Positions 18,407 to 28,216 of a stretch of 64,000 nucleotides of DNA are shown one piece after another. The DNA is from a virus. The first letter of the stretch is position 1. Each line of letters opens with the position of its first letter. The DNA lies in the IMG/VR virus record IMGVR_UViG_3300029448_000001, positions 32,001 through 96,000 of that record; one strand, 5' to 3'. Both the position numbers and the translations under genes were made by a program. The notes beneath the pieces are model-generated. The model was given only the letters and a program-made list of their open reading frames with translations. It searched no databases and was not told the origin of the DNA.

Positions 18407-20311
18407 ATGGCAATCAGTCTCATATCACCTGGAGTAAAGATTACTGAACAAGATTTAGTATCGTCTACTCCTAGTTTAGCAACCACTTCTGGAGGATTCT
18501 CTGGACAGTTCAGATGGGGTCCGATAGATGAATCGACAATAGTAAATAATGAATCAGATTTAGTTGAGCAATTTGGGAAGCCAAATTCAACTAATATAGT
18601 AGATTTTTTGTGTGCGGCTAACTTTTTAGGTTATACTTCACCTCTTTATATGGTTCGTGTTGCAAATACGGCACTTAATTCAACTGCTGAGAATACTACT
18701 GGCGGAGGAGGAGCAGGAACAGGACTTCTCATAAAAAATTCAACAGTTTATACAGAGACTTATCAAGGTGGTTCTGCAAACGTAGGTCCTTGGGCAGGAA
18801 GATTTGCTGGTGCTTTAGGTAATTCACTTAAAGTTTCAACATGTCCTAGTGCGACTGCATTCTCAGCCTCATTAACTGGTACTGTAACTGTAGCTGTAGG
18901 CTCAACAACTGTTGTGGGAAGTGGCACAGATTTCGCTAATAATGTAATTGCAGGAGATGTCGTAGTTGTAAATAACAGGGCAATTAAAGTTTCGGCAGTT
19001 ACAAATGCAACATTCTTGACTTTAGAGTCTGCTCACTTAACAGGAGCATCAGCAGGTAGTAGTGCTGTTCGTAGATGGGAATTTCATAGCGAGTTTAGTG
19101 GAGCACCAGGCACATCAACAGATGCTTCAAATCATAGTGCTTCTGGAGACGAAATGCACGTTGTGGTTATAGACGAAGACGGGCAAATATCTGGAGTACC
19201 TGGAACAGTATTAGAAAAATTTGAAGGTCTTTCAAAAGGTTCAGATGCAAGAGCAGATAACGGAGGTTCAAACTTTTATAAAGATGTTATAAACGAACAA
19301 TCAGAATATATTTGGTGGACAGACCATGATAACTCAGGAACTAATTGGGGAAATACTTTATTAGCTGGAACAACATTTACTTCAGTAACAAGTGTTAAAA
19401 ATTATAGTTTAGCAGGTGGTTCTGATGGAACCACATTAACAAATGGAGATAAAATAGCTGGATATTCTTTACTTGCAAACAAGAGCGAAGTTCCTATTTC
19501 AATAGTTGTAGCAGGAAGTTCCGATGCAACAGTAACAAATACACTTACTGCTGATTTAGGAGAAGCTAGAAAAGATTGTGTTGTTTGTGCATCACCATCT
19601 AGAGCCTCAGTTGTAAATAATGCAGGTTCAGAATTATCTTCTATTGAAAGTTACATAGCAGGATTAACACGTTCAACATATCTTGTAATGGATAGTGGTT
19701 GGAAATATCAATATGACAGATATAATGACGTATATGTTTACGTCCCATTAAACGCTGATACGGCAGGTATCATGGCAAGAAATGATACAAACAGAGACCC
19801 ATGGTTATCGCCTGCTGGATATGTAAATGGTCAAGTACAAAATCTAGTTAAACTTGCATATAATCCTACCTTAGCTGATAGGGATATTCTTTACAAAACA
19901 TCTGTAAATCCTGTAATTACAACAACAGGAAGAGGAACAGTTTTATTTGGTGATAAAACATTCTCTTTGAAAAATACTTCTTTGAACAGAATAAATGTTC
20001 GTAGATTGTTCATTACACTTGAGCAAACTATAGGAGAAGTTGCAGATAATATTTTATTTGAACAAAATGATGCCGCTACTAGATCAAACTTTGTAAATCT
20101 AGTTACGCCATATCTTAGACAAGTTCAAGCAAGAAGAGGAGTAACAGCATTTAGAGTTGTTTGTGATGTATCAAATAATTCTGAATCAGTCGTTAATGCA
20201 AATGAATTTGTTTGTGATATATTTGTTCAACCAGTTCGTTCTATAAACTTTATTCAACTTAATTTTGTTTCTGTACGAGGCACCGCCACATTTACTGAAA
20301 TAGCCGCATAA
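18407..20311 (+). CDS. gp18: Tail sheath protein
   Basis: SPGVKITE, FRWGP, PWLSPAG, RINVRRLF, RSINFIQLNF. Confidence 0.95.
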   Translation: MAISLISPGVKITEQDLVSSTPSLATTSGGFSGQFRWGPIDESTIVNNESDLVEQFGKPNSTNIVDFLCAANFLGYTSPLYMVRVANTALNSTAENTTGGGGAGTGLLIKNSTVYTETYQGGSANVGPWAGRFAGALGNSLKVSTCPSATAFSASLTGTVTVAVGSTTVVGSGTDFANNVIAGDVVVVNNRAIKVSAVTNATFLTLESAHLTGASAGSSAVRRWEFHSEFSGAPGTSTDASNHSASGDEMHVVVIDEDGQISGVPGTVLEKFEGLSKGSDARADNGGSNFYKDVINEQSEYIWWTDHDNSGTNWGNTLLAGTTFTSVTSVKNYSLAGGSDGTTLTNGDKIAGYSLLANKSEVPISIVVAGSSDATVTNTLTADLGEARKDCVVCASPSRASVVNNAGSELSSIESYIAGLTRSTYLVMDSGWKYQYDRYNDVYVYVPLNADTAGIMARNDTNRDPWLSPAGYVNGQVQNLVKLAYNPTLADRDILYKTSVNPVITTTGRGTVLFGDKTFSLKNTSLNRINVRRLFITLEQTIGEVADNILFEQNDAATRSNFVNLVTPYLRQVQARRGVTAFRVVCDVSNNSESVVNANEFVCDIFVQPVRSINFIQLNFVSVRGTATFTEIAA

Positions 20312-20339
20312 ATACTGAAACAAACTAAGGAGAAAAGAG

Positions 20340-20888
20340 ATGTCATTTAATGTAAACGATTTTAGAGTAAAACTTGGAACAGGGTCAAGGGGTAATCTTT
20401 TTAAAGTAAAGATTACTCACCCAACTTTAGATTTTAGTAATTTTGATATTCTTTGCAGAGCATCAAGTTTACCTAGTTCCTCTTTAGGTATTGTAGAGGT
20501 TCCAATGGCAGGAGGCAGAAGATTAAAAATAGGTGGCGATAGAGTTTTTGCCGAATGGTCAACAACAGTATTGAATGATGAAAATTTTAGCGTAAGAGGT
20601 GCAATAGAATCTTGGCAAAACACAATTGTAAAGACTAATTATGAATTAGGAGAACTCGGTAACAGAGATATAACAAGTACAAGTGTAACAAATGATGTGC
20701 AAGTATTTCAATTAAATTCTGAAGGATTAGTAATTGATAATTCTGCATATAGACTTGTAAATTGTTTTCCTAGCGATATATCAACGATAGATTTGTCTTA
20801 TGATTCTACTGATACCCTAGAGGAATTCACAGTAACTTGGGTCTACGATTATTATGTCGTCGGTGAAACTGTAGATTCGACAATTTAA
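20340..20888 (+). CDS. gp19: Tail tube protein, paralog 1
   Basis: RGNLFKV, LPSSSLG, KIGGDRVFAEW, FPSDISTIDLSYD, EEFTVT. Confidence 0.88.
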   Translation: MSFNVNDFRVKLGTGSRGNLFKVKITHPTLDFSNFDILCRASSLPSSSLGIVEVPMAGGRRLKIGGDRVFAEWSTTVLNDENFSVRGAIESWQNTIVKTNYELGELGNRDITSTSVTNDVQVFQLNSEGLVIDNSAYRLVNCFPSDISTIDLSYDSTDTLEEFTVTWVYDYYVVGETVDSTI

Positions 20889-20898
20889 GGAGATATAA

Positions 20899-21489
20899 AT
20901 GGCTGTAACATTAATTTCAGATTTGAAAAGTGCTATTTCAAATTCTGCACGACCTAATCTATTTGAGTGTGAAATACAGTTTCCTAATTTAGCGGCCGCT
21001 GGAATTTCTTCAGTTGATGCAAATGAATCATTTAAATTTTTATGCAAAGCCGCGGCAATACCATCTATGACTATAGGAGTTGTCGAAATTCCTTTTAGAG
21101 GAAGAAGAGTTAAAGTACCTGGAGATCGTGTATTTGATACTTGGACAGCTACAATAATGGTAGATGAAGAGCATTTTGTAAGAAGATCATTTAAAGAATG
21201 GGTAAACACAATATCAACATTTAACTATGAACAATCAGGAAACAGACCTGTAGGCGGAACTTTAGACGATTATATGGCTGATATTATTATCAGACATTTT
21301 AAGCAAGACGGTTCAACAGCTAGAACATACAAGTTATTTGATGCATTTCCTACAGATGTAGATGCTTTAGATTTATCTTTTGATGCAGGAGATACTTTGA
21401 GCGAATTTGGAGTAACATTTCAATATCACTATCTTACAGCTAAAAGTGGTGTTGATGATGTAACTTCTGATGACGATTTGAGTGCTTAA
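20899..21489 (+). CDS. gp19: Tail tube protein, paralog 2
   Basis: ARPNLFE, FRGRRVKVPGDRVFDTW, AFPTDV, EFGVTFQY. Confidence 0.88.
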   Translation: MAVTLISDLKSAISNSARPNLFECEIQFPNLAAAGISSVDANESFKFLCKAAAIPSMTIGVVEIPFRGRRVKVPGDRVFDTWTATIMVDEEHFVRRSFKEWVNTISTFNYEQSGNRPVGGTLDDYMADIIIRHFKQDGSTARTYKLFDAFPTDVDALDLSFDAGDTLSEFGVTFQYHYLTAKSGVDDVTSDDDLSA

Positions 21490-21495
21490 AAGTGT

Positions 21496-21557
21496 TATAA
21501 ATAAACTTGTAATAGTTTCACAAAGAAAAAGGAGAGAACTATTACTCTCCTTTTTTT
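21496..21557 (+). promoter_or_regulatory. Late promoter plus structured gp20 leader (terminator-like hairpin / pseudoknot)
   Basis: TATAAATA at 21496; GGAGAG-AACTATTA-CTCTCC followed by T7; upstream TAATAGTT is complementary to the loop. Confidence 0.65.
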
Positions 21558-21574
21558 ATACATAGGATATTAAT

Positions 21575-23200
21575 ATGGCTATCAAGTTATTCGGTTTTAA
21601 AATAGGAAAAGATGTTCCTGAAGAAGAGTTTAAATCTTTTGTCCCAAAAGATGATGACGACGGCTCAGTTGCTATTGCTTCTGGTGGTGTCTACGGAACA
21701 TATGTAGACCTTGAAGGTTCTTTAAGAACAGATTATCAACTAGTAAATAAGTATCGTGAAATGGCAATGCAACCAGAATGTGATGTTGCAGTAGATGACA
21801 TTGTAAATGAAGCGATAGTTTATGACGAGGAAGGTAAACCTGTAGAAATTGTATTAGAACATTTAAATCAACCTCAAAAAATAAAAAATCTTATTCGTGA
21901 TGAATTTCAATATGTACTTCAACTTTTAGATTTTGGAAATACAGCGTATGATACATTTCGTAGGTGGTATGTTGACGGAAGAATTTACTATCATTTAATT
22001 GTAGATGAAAAAAATCCTAGACTAGGTCTTCAAGAGATTAGATATATTGACCCTAGAAAAATAAGAAAAGTAAAAGTCAATAAAAAACAAAAAGATAAAA
22101 ATACTACTGTACAAATTTATAAAGGTCAAGATGAATATTACGTTTATTCGGACAAAGGATTCTTGCGTGATAATACTCAAGGAATAAAGATTGCACCAGA
22201 TTCAGTCTGTTATGCAAGTTCAGGTCTTTTAGATAAAGACGGTAAAATCGTAATATCTCATTTACATAAAGCAATCAAACCTTTAAATCAATTGAGAATG
22301 TTAGAAGATGCCACAGTCATTTACAGAATATCTAGGGCGCCTGAAAGAAGAATATTTTACATTGACGTAGGAAACTTACCTAAGATAAAAGCAGAACAAT
22401 ATTTGCGTGATGTAATGACAAAGTACAAAAATAAACTTGTCTATGATGCACAAACAGGTGAGATAAGAGATGACAGAAGGTTCCAAACAATGCTTGAAGA
22501 TTTTTGGTTGCCTAGAAGAGAAGGTGGTAGAAGTACAGAAATATCTACCCTTCCTGGCGGTCAAAACTTAGGAGAAATGGAAGATGTATTATATTTTCAA
22601 AAGAAAGTTTACAAAGCACTAAATGTTCCGTCTTCTAGATTAGAACAAGATAATGGGTTTTCTTTAGGAAGAACTTCAGAAATTACAAGAGATGAATTAA
22701 AATTTCAAAAGTTTATTGACAGACTAAGATTAAGATTTACAATTATGTTTGACCAACTCATGGAAACTCAATTAGTTTTAAAAGGTATATGTACAAAAAA
22801 TGAGTGGAATCAAATGAAAGAAAAAATAAATTATGATTTCATTTCAGATACACATTTTACAGAATTAAAAGAATCTGAAATTATGAGAGAAAGATTAGCA
22901 GTTTTAAGTGATGCTGATAATTATGTTGGAAAATATTTTTCTGTTGAATATATTCGTAAGCATGTATTACATCAGAGTGAAGATGAAATGAAACAAATGG
23001 ACCAACAAATGAAAGGTGAAGAACCTTCTGAAGAACCTGCTAAACAATCAGAACCAGAGCCAGAATCTGAACCAGAATCTGAACCCGAGAACAATCCTGA
23101 AGAGAGTAATGCTACTCAACAAATTGAACAAACAAAAGAGTCCACTAAATTAGCGGAATCTATGACAAAATTTTATGACGATATTTTGAAGGAAAAATAA
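21575..23200 (+). CDS. gp20: Portal vertex protein
   Basis: WYVDGR, YRISRAPERRIFYIDVGNLPK, EDFWLPRREGGR. Confidence 0.96.
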   Translation: MAIKLFGFKIGKDVPEEEFKSFVPKDDDDGSVAIASGGVYGTYVDLEGSLRTDYQLVNKYREMAMQPECDVAVDDIVNEAIVYDEEGKPVEIVLEHLNQPQKIKNLIRDEFQYVLQLLDFGNTAYDTFRRWYVDGRIYYHLIVDEKNPRLGLQEIRYIDPRKIRKVKVNKKQKDKNTTVQIYKGQDEYYVYSDKGFLRDNTQGIKIAPDSVCYASSGLLDKDGKIVISHLHKAIKPLNQLRMLEDATVIYRISRAPERRIFYIDVGNLPKIKAEQYLRDVMTKYKNKLVYDAQTGEIRDDRRFQTMLEDFWLPRREGGRSTEISTLPGGQNLGEMEDVLYFQKKVYKALNVPSSRLEQDNGFSLGRTSEITRDELKFQKFIDRLRLRFTIMFDQLMETQLVLKGICTKNEWNQMKEKINYDFISDTHFTELKESEIMRERLAVLSDADNYVGKYFSVEYIRKHVLHQSEDEMKQMDQQMKGEEPSEEPAKQSEPEPESEPESEPENNPEESNATQQIEQTKESTKLAESMTKFYDDILKEK

Positions 23201-23201
23201 A

Positions 23202-24986
23202 TTGAAAAAGTTCAAGCGTTACTCAAACTTAGTTAAAGAAGACGTTGTAACTAAAGAAAATGACGAACTATCTTTACAAGAGTTAATAGAACAGCTTAAA
23301 AGTAAACCTTTAACTAAAGATTCCATCAAGGAGTCTTTATATCTAGCAACGTCTGTAAAATATACAGATAAAGAAATTTCAACACTAAAAAAATATCTAG
23401 AATCCAAAATCCCCGTAGCAGAAGAACTACAAGGCCCTAGAGGAGTACAAGGTCTTCAAGGAAGTAGAGGTGAAAGAGGAGACCGCGGTCTACAAGGTCT
23501 ACAAGGAATACAAGGAACAAAAGGAGACAAAGGAGAAGCTGGTGACCCAGGTGGTCCAGCAGGTCCTCAAGGAGAAGCAGGTCTGCAAGGTCCAGCAGGT
23601 CCTCAAGGTCAAAAAGGGGAACAAGGAGACAAAGGCGAAAAGGGAGACAAAGGAGATACAGGTTCTCAAGGACTGCCAGGTGTAGATGGAAAAGATGGGC
23701 TTACTGGAGAAAAAGGAGAACGTGGTCAAACAGGAGCAAGAGGACTTAGAGGACTTAGAGGATTAAAAGGATTAACAGGACTTGCAGGTAAAGATGGATT
23801 AGATGGAAAAGATGGAAAAGATGGGCTAAATGGTGAAGACGGAAAAGATGGGGAAAAAGGAGAAAAAGGAGATGTAGGACCAGCAGGACTTCAAGGGGAA
23901 AAAGGTCTTCAAGGAGAAAAAGGAGACAAAGGAGATGCAGGTCAAGATGCTGATTTAACTAAAGCACAAGAAGAATTTTCTAAATTTAAAAAAGTTTTAC
24001 AAAATGATTTAAGTAAATATAAAACTAGAGTGAATGCCCAAATTGCAAGAACTATAGGCGGAGGTAATGCAGGCTCTGGTGAAGTTAATTTAAGATTTTT
24101 AGATGATGTAGATACTACAAACTTAGCTAATAATAAAATTTTAAAATACAATTCAAGCACATCAAAATTTGAGTTTGGTGATGATGCTACAGGAGGTGCA
24201 TCAGTAAATTTAAGTAATCTTATTTTAACTGGAAACGCTACAGTACAACATTTAATACCTTCAGCGAATGTTACTTTTGACTTAGGTTCTCCCACTAGAT
24301 TTTTTAGAGATTTATATTTAAGTGGAAACACTCTTGTATTGGGTGGACAAACTATTTCGATTGGTGCGAATAACGAACTTTCTTTACCTTCAGGAACTAA
24401 GTTTAGAGGAACTGGAGGATTTAAAATTGGCGATCAAACTATTGAGTTAGATCAAAATGGTGCTTTAAAAATGCCTGCTGGCACTAAATTTGGAACTTCA
24501 AATATAAAACCTGAAGACACAGATACAAAAGCACAAGCCGCTAGAGATGAATCGAACACAGTAAATTTATTAGCACAGTCTTCACATGATTTAGCTAACA
24601 CTAATACAGTCTTGGCTCAAGCCGCTAGAGATGAATCGAATACTGTTAATGTATTAGCAACAGCAACAAGAAATGAATCAAATACAGTAAACTTAATTGC
24701 TACAGCGGCCAGAAGCGAATCAAATACTGTGAGTGTTATAGCAACAGCGGCTAGAAACGAGTCTAATACAGTTAATGTATTAGCACAAGCGGCCAGAGAT
24801 GAGTCTAATACTGTGAGTGTTATAGCAACAGCGGCTAGAAACGAGTCTAATACAGTCAACGTAATTGCAACAGCGGCTAGAAATGAATCAAACACAGTTA
24901 GCGTAATTGCACAAGCTGGTAGAGACACAGCTAACACAAGAGTAACAACAGGAAAATCTATCGCAATGGCAATCGTATTCGGATAA
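23202..24986 (+). CDS. Collagen-like fibre protein with C-terminal 14-aa coiled-coil repeats
   Basis: About 55 Gly-X-Y triplets; GSGEVNLRFLDDVD; ends in TTGKSIAMAIVFG; TTG start uncertain. Confidence 0.8.
   Translation: MKKFKRYSNLVKEDVVTKENDELSLQELIEQLKSKPLTKDSIKESLYLATSVKYTDKEISTLKKYLESKIPVAEELQGPRGVQGLQGSRGERGDRGLQGLQGIQGTKGDKGEAGDPGGPAGPQGEAGLQGPAGPQGQKGEQGDKGEKGDKGDTGSQGLPGVDGKDGLTGEKGERGQTGARGLRGLRGLKGLTGLAGKDGLDGKDGKDGLNGEDGKDGEKGEKGDVGPAGLQGEKGLQGEKGDKGDAGQDADLTKAQEEFSKFKKVLQNDLSKYKTRVNAQIARTIGGGNAGSGEVNLRFLDDVDTTNLANNKILKYNSSTSKFEFGDDATGGASVNLSNLILTGNATVQHLIPSANVTFDLGSPTRFFRDLYLSGNTLVLGGQTISIGANNELSLPSGTKFRGTGGFKIGDQTIELDQNGALKMPAGTKFGTSNIKPEDTDTKAQAARDESNTVNLLAQSSHDLANTNTVLAQAARDESNTVNVLATATRNESNTVNLIATAARSESNTVSVIATAARNESNTVNVLAQAARDESNTVSVIATAARNESNTVNVIATAARNESNTVSVIAQAGRDTANTRVTTGKSIAMAIVFG
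24531..24950 (+). repeat. About 10 tandem degenerate 42-bp (14-aa) coding repeats
   Basis: A(Q/T)AAR(D/N)ESNTV(N/S)V(L/I) repeated. Confidence 0.9.
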
Positions 24987-24997
24987 AGGAAAATTAA

Positions 24998-25366
24998 ATG
25001 GCAAACCCAAACATTGTAAATGTAACAAGCATCTTAGGAAAAAATGCATTCTTAGCCTTAACAACAAGTTTTCAAACTATAGTAACGAATGCTAATAGTT
25101 CAGATAAAATTTTAAAAATTAATAGTTTAATTATTAATAATATAGATGGAACTAATGCCGCCTCTGTTAGTTCTGTCATAGCCAATGCTACAAGTTTAGC
25201 ACTTTCAGGTTACTTAGCTAATACAATTAGTGTTCCTGCTGATTCATCATTAGTTTTAATTTCAAAAGATACTTCAATCTATCTTTTAGAAAATCAAGTA
25301 TTAAGATTGAGTGCAAGTGCTAATTCTGATCTTCACGCAACTATATCATACGAAGAAATAAGTTGA
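24998..25366 (+). CDS. Putative virion structural protein (fibre-associated)
   Basis: MANPNIVNV...ISYEEI; SD AAGGA; position in fibre cassette. Confidence 0.7.
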   Translation: MANPNIVNVTSILGKNAFLALTTSFQTIVTNANSSDKILKINSLIINNIDGTNAASVSSVIANATSLALSGYLANTISVPADSSLVLISKDTSIYLLENQVLRLSASANSDLHATISYEEIS

Positions 25367-25367
25367 G

Positions 25368-26576
25368 ATGGCTTTTAACTACACTAGATATGGTAGCTAC
25401 ATAGGTAGTACAGTTAATTTAAAAGCAAGTGAATCTACAAAGATAGGTGTTTTTCAAAACGCTCCTTATAAACCGTCTTTATTTGCAATGGAAAGATTAA
25501 GTTTTACATCATCTAAAGAAGGACTTTACGGTCCTAACTTAGGAACCGCAAGAGTTGGAATCAGTTTGTTTGTAGATGGAATACAGAGTGCCTTTACAGA
25601 TACGTCTTGGAAATTTTTTCTTAGTAATTTTAACGTAATTGATAACGGAATAATGCAGTTTACTGTTCCAGAAACAGCGAAATATATTATAAGAGCCGAA
25701 GGTGCAGGTCATAGTAGTGCTAGTACTAGTAATACGCATGGTGGTGGAGCAAGAATACAAGCATCATTCAACTTAGAGATAGGAAAGTTTTTATGGATTT
25801 TAGTTGGTCAAACCAACAATCAACCTGACAGTAGTAGAGCATTTGCCGGAGGTGCAGGAGGGTCATTCGTTACATATGGAGATGTTTTTGCTACTAGCGT
25901 TCCTTTAGTAATAGCAGGAGGCGGAGGTTTTCTCAGAAGCGGTATTGCTTCTCAAACAAATAACGGAAAAATTCCAAACGATCACATCAACGGACAAACA
26001 AGTACTCAAAGTGGAGAAGGGCGTACTAATGGTAGTTCAAATTTTGGACAGAGAGGTCTTGGAGGACATAATCAATCAACTGGTGGAACAGCGGCTGGTT
26101 TTGTTCAAGATGGTTCAACACATACAGACTTGAGAAGTGTCCCTACTTCTTTTACTTTTGACAATGGGGGTGGTGCAGTAACTTACAATTATAGTGGAAG
26201 TTATGACGAAGCAAAAAGATTTCACAACGGAGGTGCTGGAGGACAATTTAGAACTCTTTTTGATCTTCAGTATATAGGTGACGGAGGATTTGGAGGAGGT
26301 GGTCCAGGTGGTTGGGGAGGCGAAGGTGGTGGTGGAGGATATTCTGGAGGTGGAAATGGAGATAATAATAATGCCTCATTTTCAGGTGGCGGTGGAAGTT
26401 TTATCTCTGAAAACATAGCAGATGCAAATGATTTAGCAACAAGCACAGGAACATGGACTCTTGCTGGAAGTGTAAGTAGTCATGGTACTTATGTTCCATT
26501 AGCAAGTGCTTCTGGTCTAACTAATTTTGGAAATTATAGAAGTAACAATGGACAAGTTAGTCTAATAAAAGTATAA
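25368..26576 (+). CDS. Gly-rich protein with ALK/LTK-like glycine-rich domain
   Basis: GIMQFTVP..KYIIRAEGAG, FNLEIGKFLWILVGQ, PLVIAGGGG, GGFGGGG, GGGGGYSGG. Confidence 0.7.
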   Translation: MAFNYTRYGSYIGSTVNLKASESTKIGVFQNAPYKPSLFAMERLSFTSSKEGLYGPNLGTARVGISLFVDGIQSAFTDTSWKFFLSNFNVIDNGIMQFTVPETAKYIIRAEGAGHSSASTSNTHGGGARIQASFNLEIGKFLWILVGQTNNQPDSSRAFAGGAGGSFVTYGDVFATSVPLVIAGGGGFLRSGIASQTNNGKIPNDHINGQTSTQSGEGRTNGSSNFGQRGLGGHNQSTGGTAAGFVQDGSTHTDLRSVPTSFTFDNGGGAVTYNYSGSYDEAKRFHNGGAGGQFRTLFDLQYIGDGGFGGGGPGGWGGEGGGGGYSGGGNGDNNNASFSGGGGSFISENIADANDLATSTGTWTLAGSVSSHGTYVPLASASGLTNFGNYRSNNGQVSLIKV

Positions 26577-26580
26577 AATT

Positions 26581-28206
26581 ATGAAAAGAAATAAAGGACT
26601 AATAAAAGAAATTACGGGCGAACTCATTAGTGATACTGTTTCAGGTGTGTTTGATACATTTGATGTATATCAACAAAAGTTAATAGGTGAATGGCCTGAA
26701 ACTCCTGTGGGGCAAGTACTCTTTGATGTGCCAGGCGCAAATACTTTTACTGTTCCAACTGGCGTAACTTCTATCAATATCGTTCTTGTAGGCGGAGGTG
26801 GTAGTGGACGAGGACAGACAGTTTATGGCGGTGGAGGCGGTGGTGGAGGACTGTGTTGGATAAACAACTTTCCAGTAACTTCAGGAACAACTTTGAATTT
26901 AAATGTAGGAGCAGGTGGTATAGGAGGTCATAATGGAGTATCAAATCCAGGTTCAAATACTTGGTTCTCAGCTTCTTCAGGACCAGGAAGAATAGTTGCT
27001 TCAGGTGGTGAAGGTGGTAAATCAAATCCTAATTCACAAAATGCTCAAGGTGGTTATCCAGATATAGGTTCTAATTTTTCTAGTCTTTCAAATGGAGGTG
27101 GTAATGGCGGGCTAGGTGGAGTACACAATCAAGGTGGCGGTGGTGGAGGAGCAGGCGGATATTCTGGAAATGGTGGAAATGGTCAGGGTTGGACTAATGA
27201 ATTCAATAATAATAATCAGGCTCAAACTGCTGGACAAGGTGGTGGAGGTGGAGGTGGCGGAAGAACAAATCAAGATTTACATGGAGCAGGAGGTGGCGTA
27301 AATGTTTTTGGTCAAGGAGAAAACGGAGCGGCCGCAAATGCTACAGTCGGTAATATAGCATCTTCAGGTTACGGAGGTTCTGGAGGAAGTAGAGGACATA
27401 ATCCTCCACAATCATATCGTCCAGACCAAGACTTTACTGGAGGAAATAATACTTTAACTGAATATGGTGGACCTTTTAGTACTCATACTGGAAATGCTGG
27501 AGGAACTACAGATAATGTAAGTTTTACTATTAATTCAATAGCCAGGTCAAGAACAGGACGTTTAATATGGCATTATGTTAATGGAAGTAGTTTTAGAGGT
27601 GATATTCAAATTGATACTGTAGTATTAAGTGGAGGTGCTACTGCTACATTCAATTTTGATTCTAATGCTGATAACTTTCTTACAAGTCCAGACTCAAACG
27701 TATCTTTTGGAACTTGGAGTGCTGACCCATCAACTGAATTAGGAAATTTAGTTGCCGTTAGTAATAGTAGCACTAGCACTAGAGGAAGATGGAATAGAGA
27801 TTCTAATGGCACTCCATCTAGTAGTACAGGTGTAAATGTCGTAGATAATGGTTTTTATCTTTACGCTGAAGTTAGTGGCAGAAACAATAGAAATTTTTGG
27901 TTAGCATCTCCAGAAATTACAATTGCGGCTAATCAAAATCTATCTGTAACTTACAAACAAGTTAGAAATGGCTCAAACATAGGCGAAATTAAATCGTATT
28001 TTTTGGAAAATGCAAATACTGTTCCTGTAGCAGTTGCAAACGGAACATATGGAGGATTTTACGGAGGTGGCGGAGGAGGAGCAGAGGGAAGCGGTGGAAG
28101 TACAGGAGATTATCGAGGCGGAAATGGAGCCAACGGAGCAATCAGAATTATATTTGGACCTAATAGAGTGTTTCCAAATACAAACACAATAGACTTATCG
28201 AACTAA
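26581..28206 (+). CDS. Gly-rich fibre/adhesin protein with MAM-like insert
   Basis: FTVPTGVTSINIVLVGGGG, poly-Gly tracts, GANGAIRII; internal GDIQID / GTPSSSTG / YLYAE motifs. Confidence 0.7.
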   Translation: MKRNKGLIKEITGELISDTVSGVFDTFDVYQQKLIGEWPETPVGQVLFDVPGANTFTVPTGVTSINIVLVGGGGSGRGQTVYGGGGGGGGLCWINNFPVTSGTTLNLNVGAGGIGGHNGVSNPGSNTWFSASSGPGRIVASGGEGGKSNPNSQNAQGGYPDIGSNFSSLSNGGGNGGLGGVHNQGGGGGGAGGYSGNGGNGQGWTNEFNNNNQAQTAGQGGGGGGGGRTNQDLHGAGGGVNVFGQGENGAAANATVGNIASSGYGGSGGSRGHNPPQSYRPDQDFTGGNNTLTEYGGPFSTHTGNAGGTTDNVSFTINSIARSRTGRLIWHYVNGSSFRGDIQIDTVVLSGGATATFNFDSNADNFLTSPDSNVSFGTWSADPSTELGNLVAVSNSSTSTRGRWNRDSNGTPSSSTGVNVVDNGFYLYAEVSGRNNRNFWLASPEITIAANQNLSVTYKQVRNGSNIGEIKSYFLENANTVPVAVANGTYGGFYGGGGGGAEGSGGSTGDYRGGNGANGAIRIIFGPNRVFPNTNTIDLSN

Positions 28207-28216
28207 GGAGATATGA

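Noticed and set aside
23020-23105. EPES-type repeats at the portal C-terminus
   Set aside because: Low-complexity tail typical of gp20 variable ends
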